A stretch of 64,000 nt of DNA from Amoebophrya sp. A120 (taxonomy: Eukaryota; Protista; Dinoflagellata), in NCBI GenBank assembly GCA_905178155.1, contig CAJINV010000018.1:724609-788608 (forward strand). The letters run 5' to 3'. Numbering within the stretch: the first letter of the stretch is position 1; each line of letters opens with the position of its first letter. Below the pieces are notes generated by a model, which was given only the letters and a program-made list of their open reading frames with translations, was not told where the DNA came from and searched no databases. A program made the translations under genes and the position numbers. Below are positions 53,089 through 64,000 of the stretch, one piece after another.

Positions 53089-56000
53089 TCACATGACCCT
53101 TCGTCGCTTTTCGTCACCCCCACGCCCCCCTAGGCGATTGTTGTCACCACCTCGCATGCCGCCCGGCGGCCCGATGCGCTGCGTGTGGCCTCCGAAAGAG
53201 CCGACGCCGCCCCGCGGTCCTCCCATGTTTCCGTCCCGGCCCCGGTTGGCGCCGCCGCGGTTCCCCCGGCTGGCCCCGCCGCCGCCACCGCCCGTGCCCG
53301 GCGGGAACAGGTGCGGCATCTGATCCTTATACTTGTTAAAGGTCTTGGCCGCCCCGTCCACCACCTCCTGCACCACACGGTTGTCCACGACCAGTTGCAC
53401 GGTCCCGTTGCTTATGCCTTGCAAATATGTCTGGGTCTGGAAGAATGCAACTTGTGATGCAAATTTCAGACAACACGAAGATCTGTCATGCAGGAACAGC
53501 AAATGCGGCCCAAAAATTGGCACCAAAATGGGGGATTTGTCATGCTGATTAGGCATTGGAACACCTTCTCAAGACGTGTGATGCTACGGTTTGCATGACA
53601 GACCTCCTTGGTCATGATGCAAGAGCAGCATGACAAACATCTGCACTCATCCAGACCCAGACATATTTGCATTTGATATTGTTCAGGCTCATGAGCGGCT
53701 TCACGGTGCGGTAGTTAAAGAACTCCTGCGGGGTATCCTGAGTAAAAACATCCCCACACCAGAGTCAAGATGGGGATTTTGCAACACAAGCCTAGAACTT
53801 TTGGGGGTCACGCATCACAAGTTGCAGTCCGTAGTGTAGTGCAGGTTCGCAAGGCCAGCTGCATCAGAAATCCATCTGCTCATCCTGTTTACAGCATTAC
53901 AAGATCCAAAACACGACTAAAAATGCCTCTCTTGGCGATGCGCATTACAAATGTTCCTGTCATTGCAAATCTGCATGACAACTCTGGTGTGGGGACGTTT
54001 TTACTCAGGATACGGGGACCGGCACACCCCCGCGCTCAGGTGCTTGAACCCGGTGACCTTCTGCAAAATTTCCTCGAGCGGCAGCTGGCGGTCCGGAGAG
54101 CGGCGGAGCAGCACCGCGACCTCGCGCACGATCAAGATCCGCCGCTCCTCGACCTCCTCCGGGTCCGAGGCGTCCAGTCGGATCGGCTTCACGGGCTCCC
54201 GGTCCCCGCCCCGGGAGTTCTCACCCCTGTTCATCATGTTGTCGTTGTTGAAGCTCGCGTAAGTGCCACCGCGGGGAGCGTTGCGGTCGTCCATACGGAT
54301 CGTTCGTTGGGAAACTGGGTTCGTACCTGCAATAAACAAAATTCGCAAACATCTTCGCAAAACCAAAACATCAAATTCATATGGAGAAACACGTCGACGT
54401 CCACTACATCGTCTACAAGAACTTCCACGTGAAAATAAAAACCAGTCGGAAAATTATCGCATCTATACTTTGTGCCCGTCTGTCGCGACCATCTCTCCTG
54501 TCCCCACCCCGGTCGGGTCGGTCCCGGTCGTTGTTGCGGCCACGGTCCCTTCCGCTCGCGCCCGTGTTGTAAAACTTGTTCCAATGGGGGGTGTCGTCAA
54601 TGTCTGTAGATATTTAGTGTCGTTGGGTGATGTTTGTGATGTAGATGTTTTTGTTCAATATTCGTGGTTGTTCATACCAACATGTGATCAGTGTGTACCA
54701 TCATGATCGACACAAACATGGAATGTCGGACTAACAACCGGGGATTAAAATTCGTCAACTGAGTGTCGATAAAAAATAAAAACCAAAAGTCGTGGAGTAC
54801 GAATCAAAACTTACTCAGCAATTCATTCCTGGCTTTTCGGATCTGCTCAATGGTTTTGATGAAGACCAGACTATCCTCCTTGAGCGCCACATCCATGAGC
54901 TTGTCCGAAATCAAGGAAAACAGGTCCTGGTTCTGTTCCTGTGGTCAGTGGAGGTGCATTTAGAATTATTGTTTCTTCGATGCATTATACTGGGCATGCA
55001 GGACAGGAGAAACAAAAGCCCGATAAAGATAGATAGCCCCGTCAACATGAAGAAGAATGAATCTGAATCAGTTCCAAAAAACGCGGGAAATAATAGAAAC
55101 GGAGGGCTCAGCACCAGCTCTTGATGATGGTCTTAACTTTTCGAAATGCAAATGTAAATCATACCGGTGACGAGTTCATCTGTGGGCTCTCCGGCTTCAT
55201 GGCTTCCTGCTCCACGTTTCGCTCCTCCACATACTGTCCCGGGATGTTCGCGGACTCCCAAATATGCATTGCAAAAGTATCGCGCTAGTAGATGAACTTA
55301 ATTGCATATACAAGTAGTTCGCTCAGCATGACGAATTGAATTCGTCATGCTGATTTACCTGAGGATCGGGAAGGATTTGTAATACGTGACTGCGATTACT
55401 AGCTACGAGTACGATAGTTTTGCAATGCATACCCTCCGAAGTTAAAGTCGTCGTCGTTTGCGAAGGGATTCTATCAAATGTAAAAATGTCCGGGTCTGGA
55501 AAGTTGGAACTTGTAATGCTGGTCTTGCATTCCTGTGAAATCTGTATTGCATGACCAAGCACTGTGGTGGCCTCTTCTGTCATACAAAAACGCAGTTTCT
55601 CTTGCGGAGTTCGTATGAGAAAGCGTGCTGCAGCCTTGCCCTTGTCATGCTTTCCTGCATAAGCAAGTGACCTCCTCTTGCACATTTTAGCATCACAAAT
55701 TTCCAGACCCAGACATTTTTACAGTTGATAGATTCGCGGACGGCAAGTTGTCGCCCCCATGGAGCTCCTGCGCGAAGCCATCGTCCACCGGCGCGCCAGC
55801 GTTGGTTCCAGCGGGCGAGTTAGACCCACCGTCGGTGTTTGCTATGACCTAGTACTCAGGTGTTTCAATCTCATTCGTTACAATAGAGTCCGAGTTTTGT
55901 CTTGCATAGCCAGAATCAGGAGAGACCCAGACCCACAGAGCGTTCTTGTTCCGCTTTTTGCAATACAAATCTCACCAGATTCTTATGAGGTCGTCTGGGG

Positions 56001-56842
56001 AGTTGTATCATGCCAGATGATCGCGCACTTTTTGCATCTTCATCTTCACAAATCTTCGCTTTTCTTGTAACACAGCTGAGAATGTGAAACAACATCTAAA
56101 CAAGCCATATTCGCAGCTGGTCGCTTCTTGCTCTTGGCGTTTTTGTTCTTGCCCAGCGCATTTTTGTTGAGAATGTTCCCGTCGCCGTCCACAAATCCGT
56201 TCGAAATCCCCAGAGCCGTGGCGACGCACGCGTCCTTGCAGAGCATGAAGTACGAATTATACTCCTTCAGGATTGTGGTCAACTTCTTCTCAAAACCCGC
56301 GGGGATCTTCGCGAGCCACTGCTTGATCTGTTGTAGTTGTTGAGTATTTTTCCCAGTAGAAGTCGTGTACTATTGGAGCAGGTTCCTTTACTGTCTTTCG
56401 CTTGCGTCTTGTCCAGACAATTTTACTTTCATTTTTGCCTTTCTTCAAGAACGTGGACGTGGTCCCCCTGCAAGATAATTTGCCCTTCCAGCAGCTCTTC
56501 TAGCTACGTGGTGGTGTGCAGCAACGACCAACGTGGACTTCCTATTAGTCGCGCATGCAAGACGAGAAATTTATCCTCTAAAATTTCTACAAGTCGATCC
56601 ATGACCATGACCAATCAATACCAATTACAATTACTCATCTGTGCAAATACTTACTAATTTTCGTTTATCCTGTTCTAATTCTACTACTTCTTCCAACTGT
56701 CATCTATTACCGTTGCATCCTCGCAAACAACTCCCAACGAGCAAAACCCGCCTTTGCCATCAACCACTCCGGAAATGGCTTGGGTCAGCTCCTCCTTGAC
56801 CTCGTTATAAATCTGCGCCTCGGGGGACAGAATCGCGGCCAT
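53089..56842 (-). CDS. Multi-exon hypothetical protein with Gly/Arg-rich (RGG) C-terminus, possibly RNA-binding
   Basis: Probable start MAAILSPEAQIYNEVKEEL at 56842. Exons include KQWLAKIPAGFEKKLTTILKEYNSYFMLCKDAC and EEVEERRILIVREVAVLLRRSPDRQLPLEEILQKV; the last exon ends ...SRGNRGGANRGRDG...PRGGVG...MRGGDNNRLGGRGGDEKRRRVM*. It is interrupted by introners 53413-53678, 53734-54012, 55263-55431, 55472-55730, 55843-56109 and probably canonical introns; the exon structure is not fully resolved. Confidence 0.65.
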
Positions 56843-57661
56843 TTTCAAACTTACACGTCGAATAAGATTATAGAATTGTAAAGATGGAACAAAGACAAAT
56901 GGGAAGGGCGCTGCTTAGAAATAGATTGGCTGATGGGAAATAGGGAAATAGAAACACAATGCTGACATGAAATCAAAAAAGAACTCTGCTCCTGTTTCCA
57001 CGCGTCGGTCCTGCTGAACGATTTCTTTCACTTTCTATTTGCTTCTACGTACGGTGTGACAACTTCGCTACATGTACAAATCCAACGAATCGTACGTTCC
57101 TGGAATGTAAGGTGGAGAAAAAGATGAACATTCAACCGTATAATTACATAGGGAACTCAATATGGACGTGAATAAAGAAAATTCTCCTCGGAAGATGAAG
57201 ATATTGGAGGCAATCTACTGTGGACTGTCTCCGATGTCTGCAATACAGCTGAGCCTGAGATTTCTTCGGACTCAAGGATCTTCACGCAAGGTGGAAAATG
57301 AAGCGCAGAAAACGGCGCAGTTGGAACGAAATTGCAGCATTTTTTGCCAAAAGTCAGTAGCTGTGATCCCGGCGATGTCGAAAGATTTTGTTCCATCGCA
57401 AAAAACTACAATTTCCGACAAGATGGATCCTGGTCGTGCTTGCTTCAGGAGCTTCTTCTATCATCACATATTATTTCCGGCGCAAAACTACAAAGTCGTT
57501 AAAAGTCAGCAAATAAGTCATGTAGTGATCTCGACTTCCAGCAGTTTGAGCAGGACGCAACCTGATTGAAGATTCTACTGCCAATCTGGCCCTACGCCTC
57601 TATACATTCCGTTGAAGATCCAGACTCGGTCAGAATTCGAATTGTCCGCGGAAAAATTCTG

Positions 57662-60600
57662 CTAGAAAGAGCAGTAGAAGTCGTGCAACAATTTTTCCTT
57701 ATTTCCATCTGGTTCTATTCTTTTGCTTTTTCCAAAAATCCTGACATCACCAGCTGCATTCTCGTCTGTTTTCATGTTTTCTCGGAATTTTCTGTGGAAC
57801 TCTTTTTCAAATTTGATCAAATTTGGAACTCCTAGCTCGATCAGCTGCTGAGTAATGAAAAGCTTCGTGTCGATACTAATTTTTGGATTGTCTCCAAGCC
57901 ACACACGACAGGAGCCTCCAGCAGATCTACTAGTAGTGCTGCCGTCATGTCGTCCCGGCCGCTCTCTTCCCGCCACTGCTCCTGCTCCAGTTGATGAAGA
58001 TCGCTCCTTCTGCACAATGTTGTTCTCCGTGCCGCTGCCACCCTTAGATAGAGCAAGAAATGCAGCCCGCTTCCGTGCATTTTCCAGTACTGCCGTGAGT
58101 AGCTTCACTGCTCCCGCGTCCGAAATTTCGTTTTTCGTCAAAAACAAATCTTGCATATCCACGAGAAGGGAGCATTTGACCGCACAGACACAAGACGTAC
58201 TACAGGTACAGGTGATGTTGACGTAGCATGACAAATCAAAAGCTCGTGTTTTCATATGTCATTCGTAATCACGAGCAGCGTGAGCAGTCTGACCATGGTA
58301 GGAATTTAGGTTGCCTAGTATGTGTGTGAAGACCTTTTTCTTGTGTTATTGAGTTGTTTCCACGTGCACTTCTTTCATCATTTTCTGAGTGTTGTGCAAA
58401 CTTGTCGTTGTCGTGCAGCGGTACTACATCAAAAACCAGTTTCTATTTCGTATTGCAGTCCCGAGTTTTCCCTGAGACACTCATCCGCTAAAAAGGCCAC
58501 CGCCTCGTCGTCGATCCTATTTTTCCGTAGCTCCAAAGTTTGTAGCGAAAAATTCCGCTTTAAACTACCCGCCAGGCGCTGGACCGCTTTCGGGTCCGAG
58601 ATATGATTGTTCGAAAGAAACAGGGACTTCAGTCCTACTCCACCAGGATTTATTTTACCAGGTCGTGGTCCAACGTCACCAGGAGCAGGTCCACGTCCCT
58701 ATCAACTGTAAAAATGTCTGGGTCTGGAAGATTCTGACATATGTCATGCACGTTTTGCATGAGCCATGATGTCTGTGATGCAAACCCTAGCAATACAGGT
58801 TTTCTGAGGGCTTCCTGATGCCTATTCCGCATGGCAAATGCCTTCTCAGCGGAGCAAAAATTGCATTCCCTTTGGTACTTATGCAATACAGATTTTTTTG
58901 GAATCCAACTGCAGCATCACAAGTTGCATTCTTCCAGACCCAGACATTTTTACATTTGATAGTCCCTGCTGTGGTACCAAGACATGGCAATCCATAGTAA
59001 ATTGTTCCTGTACACGACGTACAATAAATGCGGTTTCTGCATCATCATCATCATCATCATCATGTAGTGGACACCCGCTCCCAGCGCCACAGGTCAAGGA
59101 TCCCCTCCCCGGGGGGGTGGGCGAGGAAGCACTTTCGGCGACCTCATCATACAAAAGCCGAGCGCTACCACGGCAAGTCGCCCCAATAAAAGTACCAACC
59201 AGTCGGGAGCTGCATGGCAAAACTTGGCTTCGATCCTAGTTTAGCATGACAAGTTCCGCACTCCCAATTGGGGAAATTTGTGATGCATCTTGTACATCTA
59301 CGGGAAATTTGTATTGCATAATGGTCGACGAGAAACTCCAGTCCGCGGTCACCGCCTGCATTGTCGTTCAGGTTCAACGTCGTTATGTAGGACCCGTTTG
59401 GGGCGAAGCGGAGGAGCTTTGCAACGATCAAGAAGTCCAGGTCGGACAAGTTTCGTTTGTCCAGATTGATCGCATTAGACGATGGAGAATTAGAAACATC
59501 GAAAACATATCACGTGCAAAGGTGTGGCACTCGGTCGTAGTAAGTTGCAATACTGCCTGACAGATCTATCCGTCGTGTAGTACGCTTACGCCAATCAACA
59601 TATTATAGAAACGCCACTTTTCATGCCAAGCAAGGTGAAGCTTGTATAAATGCAATTTTTGCTCGTACTTCGATAAGTACAACTTCTGCAACGGATAAAA
59701 AACGGCGCAAGACGCAGGGAGGCGATGATCGCGATGCTTGCTCAGGATCTTCATGCGGGGGCGTAGTCGCGGTGCTGGGCGATGTAGAACTCTCCGCCGG
59801 GTGCATCGTGATCGGGATGCTTGCACCGTCGACCATTTTGTAGTTTTTCCCCCTTTGCCTTTCGTCCGGCGTCGTATTTATTCCAGGAGCGCCTTGAGCG
59901 ACATCGTGAGGACGATCCTTGAACACCTGTTCCTGGTCGTCATCCTGTAGCTCTCGATCCGCAAAAGTCCCCCTTTGCCTTGCGTCCGGTGTCGTGTTTA
60001 TTATTCCAGGAGCGTCTTGCACGACATCATTAGGACCTAGAGCTTTAACACCCGGTAGCATGAGAAGTTGCGCATTTGTAGTGAATTTTGCATGACAAAT
60101 TGCAGGCGGGTCCGCCGGTACTTTGTCCCTCTTGCCCTTCTGGGAAGTGCGTTCTGCACACCGCAGAACTCAAGGCTTATGCGGCGGGCAGCTTCTAGAC
60201 ATGGCCTGGGTGCCGTTCTTTGGCCATGTCTATTCGTCTCCCTGTGCTCGCATACGAGCACTGCAGCAGCCGCGGCAGAGACGCCAAAAAGAAAGTGCTG
60301 CGAAGCAAATGCAATTAGGCAAGAAGGCGCGAAGGCAAGGGCGAAAGGACCAGGCCGAAAGCTTTGACGCGTCTATCGGGCAGGTGCGTGAACTCTCCCG
60401 GCCTTTCCGGCAGAATATAGACGGGCTGAGGCCAGCCTCCATTGCAACATGTCTCCAGACATTCAAGCCGAGCCAGCCGCAACCCGTGAGAGCTACCCAT
60501 TTAGATGTTGACCCAGTGCCCCTCTCCTGTTGAGGCTTCGGCCCCCTCCCTCTCGACCCACTATGGACCCCGCAGAGGCAGTGTTGTATTGTGAGACCGC

Positions 60601-63148
60601 CACGGGCCGCCTTTGCTTCTTGGCAACGCACCCTGCAGCAAAGACGTGCGTCTCTACTTTAGGCTTTGACAGAGAGCGTCCCCATCCAAATGGCACCGCG
60701 CAAGTGCTAGCCTTTCAACTACCCGGAACACTGACTGCCTGGTGTCCTCCTCGTGTTCTTCATACGCCCCTTAATTCATGCATCTGCATCACGCCACGCA
60801 ATACAGATTCACTGCAAATTCACCCTTCTCTATGCTAACGACCGTTGAAGACATAAATTAGGACGATCCTCCAGCACCTGTTCGTTGTCGTCATCGTGTA
60901 GCTCTCGATCCGCAAAAGCCCCTCTGGCATTGGACGATGAAGAATTGGAAACATCGAAAACATATCATGTGCAAAAGTATATATAGCACTCGTAGTAAAT
61001 TGCAATACTGCCTGACAGATGATCTATCCGTGTAGTCTAGTTGCGCTTATGCCAATCAACATAGAAACTCCACTTTTCATGCCAAGCAAGCTTGTATAAA
61101 TACAATTTTATTTGCTCGTACGTCGATAAGTACTTCTGCAACGGATAAAAAACGGCGCAAGACGCGGGGAGGCGATCGCGTTGCTTGTTCAGGATCTTCA
61201 TGCGGGGGCGTAGTCGTGCTGGGCGATGTAGTCTCCGCCGGTTGCATGATCGGGATGCTTGCACCGTGGACCATGCTGTAGTCGTGTTTCCCTCTTTGCC
61301 TTTCGTCGTCGTCCGTCGTCGTCTTTATTCCAGGAGCGCTTTGAGCGACATGATCATGTTCATGCTGGTCGTCCATTTCTTTGTCACCTACTTCGTGTGC
61401 TTCCCTCGACCCAACAACTGAAGGTGAATTTTCTCGCGAGCTCTCAGCACCACGCGGACGATCCTTGAACACCTGTTCCTGGTCGTCATCCTGTAGTTAT
61501 CCTGTGCAAAAGTATCGCACTCGTACAAATGCAAGTCTTGCATTACAAATCTTGTTCCCAAGGCAAATCTGCATTACAAATTTTATTTCTCATGCGGAGG
61601 AAATTTGTAATGCATTTATACGAGTACGATACTTTTGCAATTCATAGTAGCTCTCGATCCGCAAAAGCCCCTCTGCTGGGCGAAACGCTGCACTTTGTTA
61701 TGGATGTGTCAGAGTTGAAATCGACAAAGTTGAAATAATTTGTCATGCATAAAATGGATGCCAGTTGGAACCCAGTTTCTAAGTGGCGCATGACAAATCT
61801 TGGTGGCCCCTAAATCCAGTTTGTCATGCTGTTTAGGCAAAGAAGAGCGATTTTCTCACGCTACTCTAGCAGCTCGAGCTGTAGCCCCAAACAGGCTTAC
61901 AATCGGCTCTGCAACACACGTGCCGCGGGTCATGCATTTTATGCGTCGCAAATTATTTCAACTCTGACGATTTCAAACCTGACGCTTCCATATTTGTGAC
62001 GAAGCTCGTATACGTTCGCCGGACCGCACCGTCCGCATCGCACTGCAGAGCCGGTTATCAAATGCAAATATGTTTGTCTGGGCCTGGAAGTAGATTTGGG
62101 GAGTTGTTTGTCATGCAAATTGTACATGGCCTCCGATGCCTGTGATGCATTTTCTAGCGTCACAGCTTTCATCACAGAGTAGGTTTGCTCATGCCTCTTC
62201 TGCATGATAAAAAATGCCCTCTGTGAGCGGCAACAATCTGAGCGCCTTTGGCCTCTCATGCAATACAGATTTTTTTGTGATCGACACCTAGCATCACAAA
62301 TCCAATTCTTTCCAGACCCAGACATATTTGCAATGCATACCTCTAGCACCTGTTCCTGGTCGTCATCGTGTAGTTATCCTGTGCAAAAGTATCGCACTCG
62401 TACAAATGCAAGTCTTGCATTACAAATCTTGTTCCCAAGGCAAATCTGCATTACAAATTTTATTTCTCATGCGGAGGAAATTTGTAATGCATTTATACGA
62501 GTACGATACTTTTGCAATTCATAGTAGTTCTCGATCCGCAAAAGCCCCTCTGCTGGGCGAAACGCTGCACTTTGTGACGAAGCTCGTATACGTTCGGCGG
62601 ACCGCACCGTCGGCATCGTACTGCAGAGCCGGTGGCTCGCCCGGTAGCTCCTCACAGAAATGCTCCAAGGCTTCAATCACCTGGCTCACGGTTTCGTTGG
62701 GTGCCTTCAGCTTGGCAAATTCGGACGGGATGACGAATTCGACGCCGGCGGGCGGTTTTGACGATGAGGATGTTGACGCTTGCATTTGCGAGGACCCAGT
62801 GTGAGATGTTTGCTGGACTTCTTCTTGTCCATCGTTCTTGTCGTCCCCTCCGGATTCGGATGTATTGCCTCCTGTAGGAGTAGGCGGAGCCCCCGGGGAC
62901 GAATTTTTCTCGTCTGAGCCGCTAAGCCAGCGCCGGGCGGAGCCGGAGGTCGGTGGTGCGTTTGCGTTTCGCATCGGTCTCGAGGAGCGTCGTGCACCAG
63001 AGGAAAATAAATTACCGGCATGGGAAGCAGGAGCGACCCGCGAACCGGTGCTCCTACAGCTGGTGGTCGTGCACCCGACCAGAGATACAGAAACTCTCGT
63101 TGCATTTTTCAAATGAACTAGTCTGGAAGATGACACCAAAAGCGGCAT
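57662..63148 (-). CDS. RNI-like leucine-rich repeat protein with low-complexity, partly duplicated N-terminal region
   Basis: LRR units ITTLNLNDNAGGDRGLEFL (about 59350), LKSLFLSNNHISD and LQTLELRKNRIDDEAVAFLA (58480-58640), and LQDLFLTKNEISDAGAVKLL (about 58130); stop at 57662. The 5' extent and the use of duplicated exons (59500-62620) are uncertain. Confidence 0.7.
59041..59210 (-). mobile_element. Short (TCA)n-tailed insertion, SINE or 5'-truncated LINE-like, nested in family J introner 58989-59320
   Basis: Relative to the copy at 38955-39110 there is an extra about 170 bp starting with (ATC)7-8 and flanked by CTGCAT on both sides. Confidence 0.6.
59478..62628. repeat. Local tandem segmental duplications in the LRR gene 5' region
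   Basis: About 59478-59910 resembles about 60934-61350. The block CACCTGTTCCTGGTCGTCATCNTGTAGCTCTCGATCCGCAAAAG occurs at about 59924, 60875, 61470 and 62346. About 61470-62055 matches about 62346-62633 except for one introner. Confidence 0.85.
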
Positions 63149-64000
63149 CGGGCAGGAGACGCCAAAATTCTGATCACCCTCTTGATGCAGCAACTGCTAC
63201 TAAACTTGCATGCCTCCACAGACAAAAAAAGTCATCTTTATTATGGAAAACTCGCCATGAATCGAAAACTTTTCTGCACGCGAGAGGGAGGCAGTAGAGA
63301 AACAAACTACGTACTGCTTCCGAGTTACAGGACGAAGAAGACAGAACAAGAACAGCCCAACATAGTATGTAACTACTCGCGAGTTAGTTTCTCGGCGATC
63401 GTCCTCATTTATTTTTCCATCACGTCGTCGAGCAGAAACATTCATTCGCATCGATCATGCTTTAAACGATTATGATCATTTCATCCTACAAGTAGCAGAA
63501 ACATCAAGCAGCGAAAGGAAAGCGACAGGAAGAGTCGTCTGGTGGCATTAGCTGCTGCATTCTTGCTATTGTACGGGTCCGCTTCCTGTTCTAGCAACCT
63601 GTCATTCAGAAGCAGATCGACGAAATTAAAAGATGTAAAACTCCTGCACAGCGAAATTTGTTGGCGGGTGTCTACTTAGCACTATTGCGATACTTGCAGC
63701 AAAATTTCCACCAACGTATGATTTCTGTGGTTTTATTTTTTATACATTAGTTGTACTAGCACTTAACATCTTCAGTCGTCGTCTTTTGACACCCGCCCTC
63801 CCGCACCGACGAAATCTTTCCAGAATCGCAGGTCGTGCTTACCGAGAACCAAGCATTCGAAGCACATTCTGCAGTCTCCCAACAGGGAGAAAACCGTATG
63901 CATTGCAAAAGCAAAGAAAGCACTGCACCGCACTAGCAGAAATTGCATGACAGATTTTGCCAAGAAAAAAATTGGAATTTCTCATGCTGATTCACATAGA

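Noticed and set aside
7343-62349. Many short ORFs sharing peptides such as KMSGSGR, FQTQTFL, VQKYRTR and LHSQLLH
   Set aside because: These are translations of introner TIRs, not a protein repeat family.
839-62523. Element sizes near 150 and 310 bp as nucleosome multiples
   Set aside because: Other families are about 115, 235, 260 and 280 bp, and inter-element spacing is irregular.

Overview
Eukaryotic genomic DNA, most likely from a syndinian (Amoebophrya-like) parasitic dinoflagellate; this is inferred from intron architecture, not from a marker gene. The window is dominated by one giant minus-strand VPS13/chorein-family gene (50650->3707, roughly 7,400 aa by my manual assembly) split by about 69 introns. 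Only three of these are ordinary GT-AG introns. The rest are MITE-like 'introner' elements from at least nine families. They start TAT and end ATA, carry family-specific terminal inverted repeats and are flanked by a 5-bp direct repeat. At every junction I translated, removing the element plus 5 nt restores the reading frame. The families share a dispersed TTGT(C/A/G)ATGC motif. One introner has grown to 6.6 kb by a degenerate retroelement-like insertion, another holds a nested foldback element, and a third holds a short (TCA)n-tailed insertion. To the right lie a minus-strand RGG-tailed gene and a minus-strand RNI-like LRR gene. The LRR gene's tandemly duplicated 5' region shows empty and filled insertion sites side by side, and an introner with mismatched flanks at the duplication junction. 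Coordinates were read by eye and may be off by a base or two.
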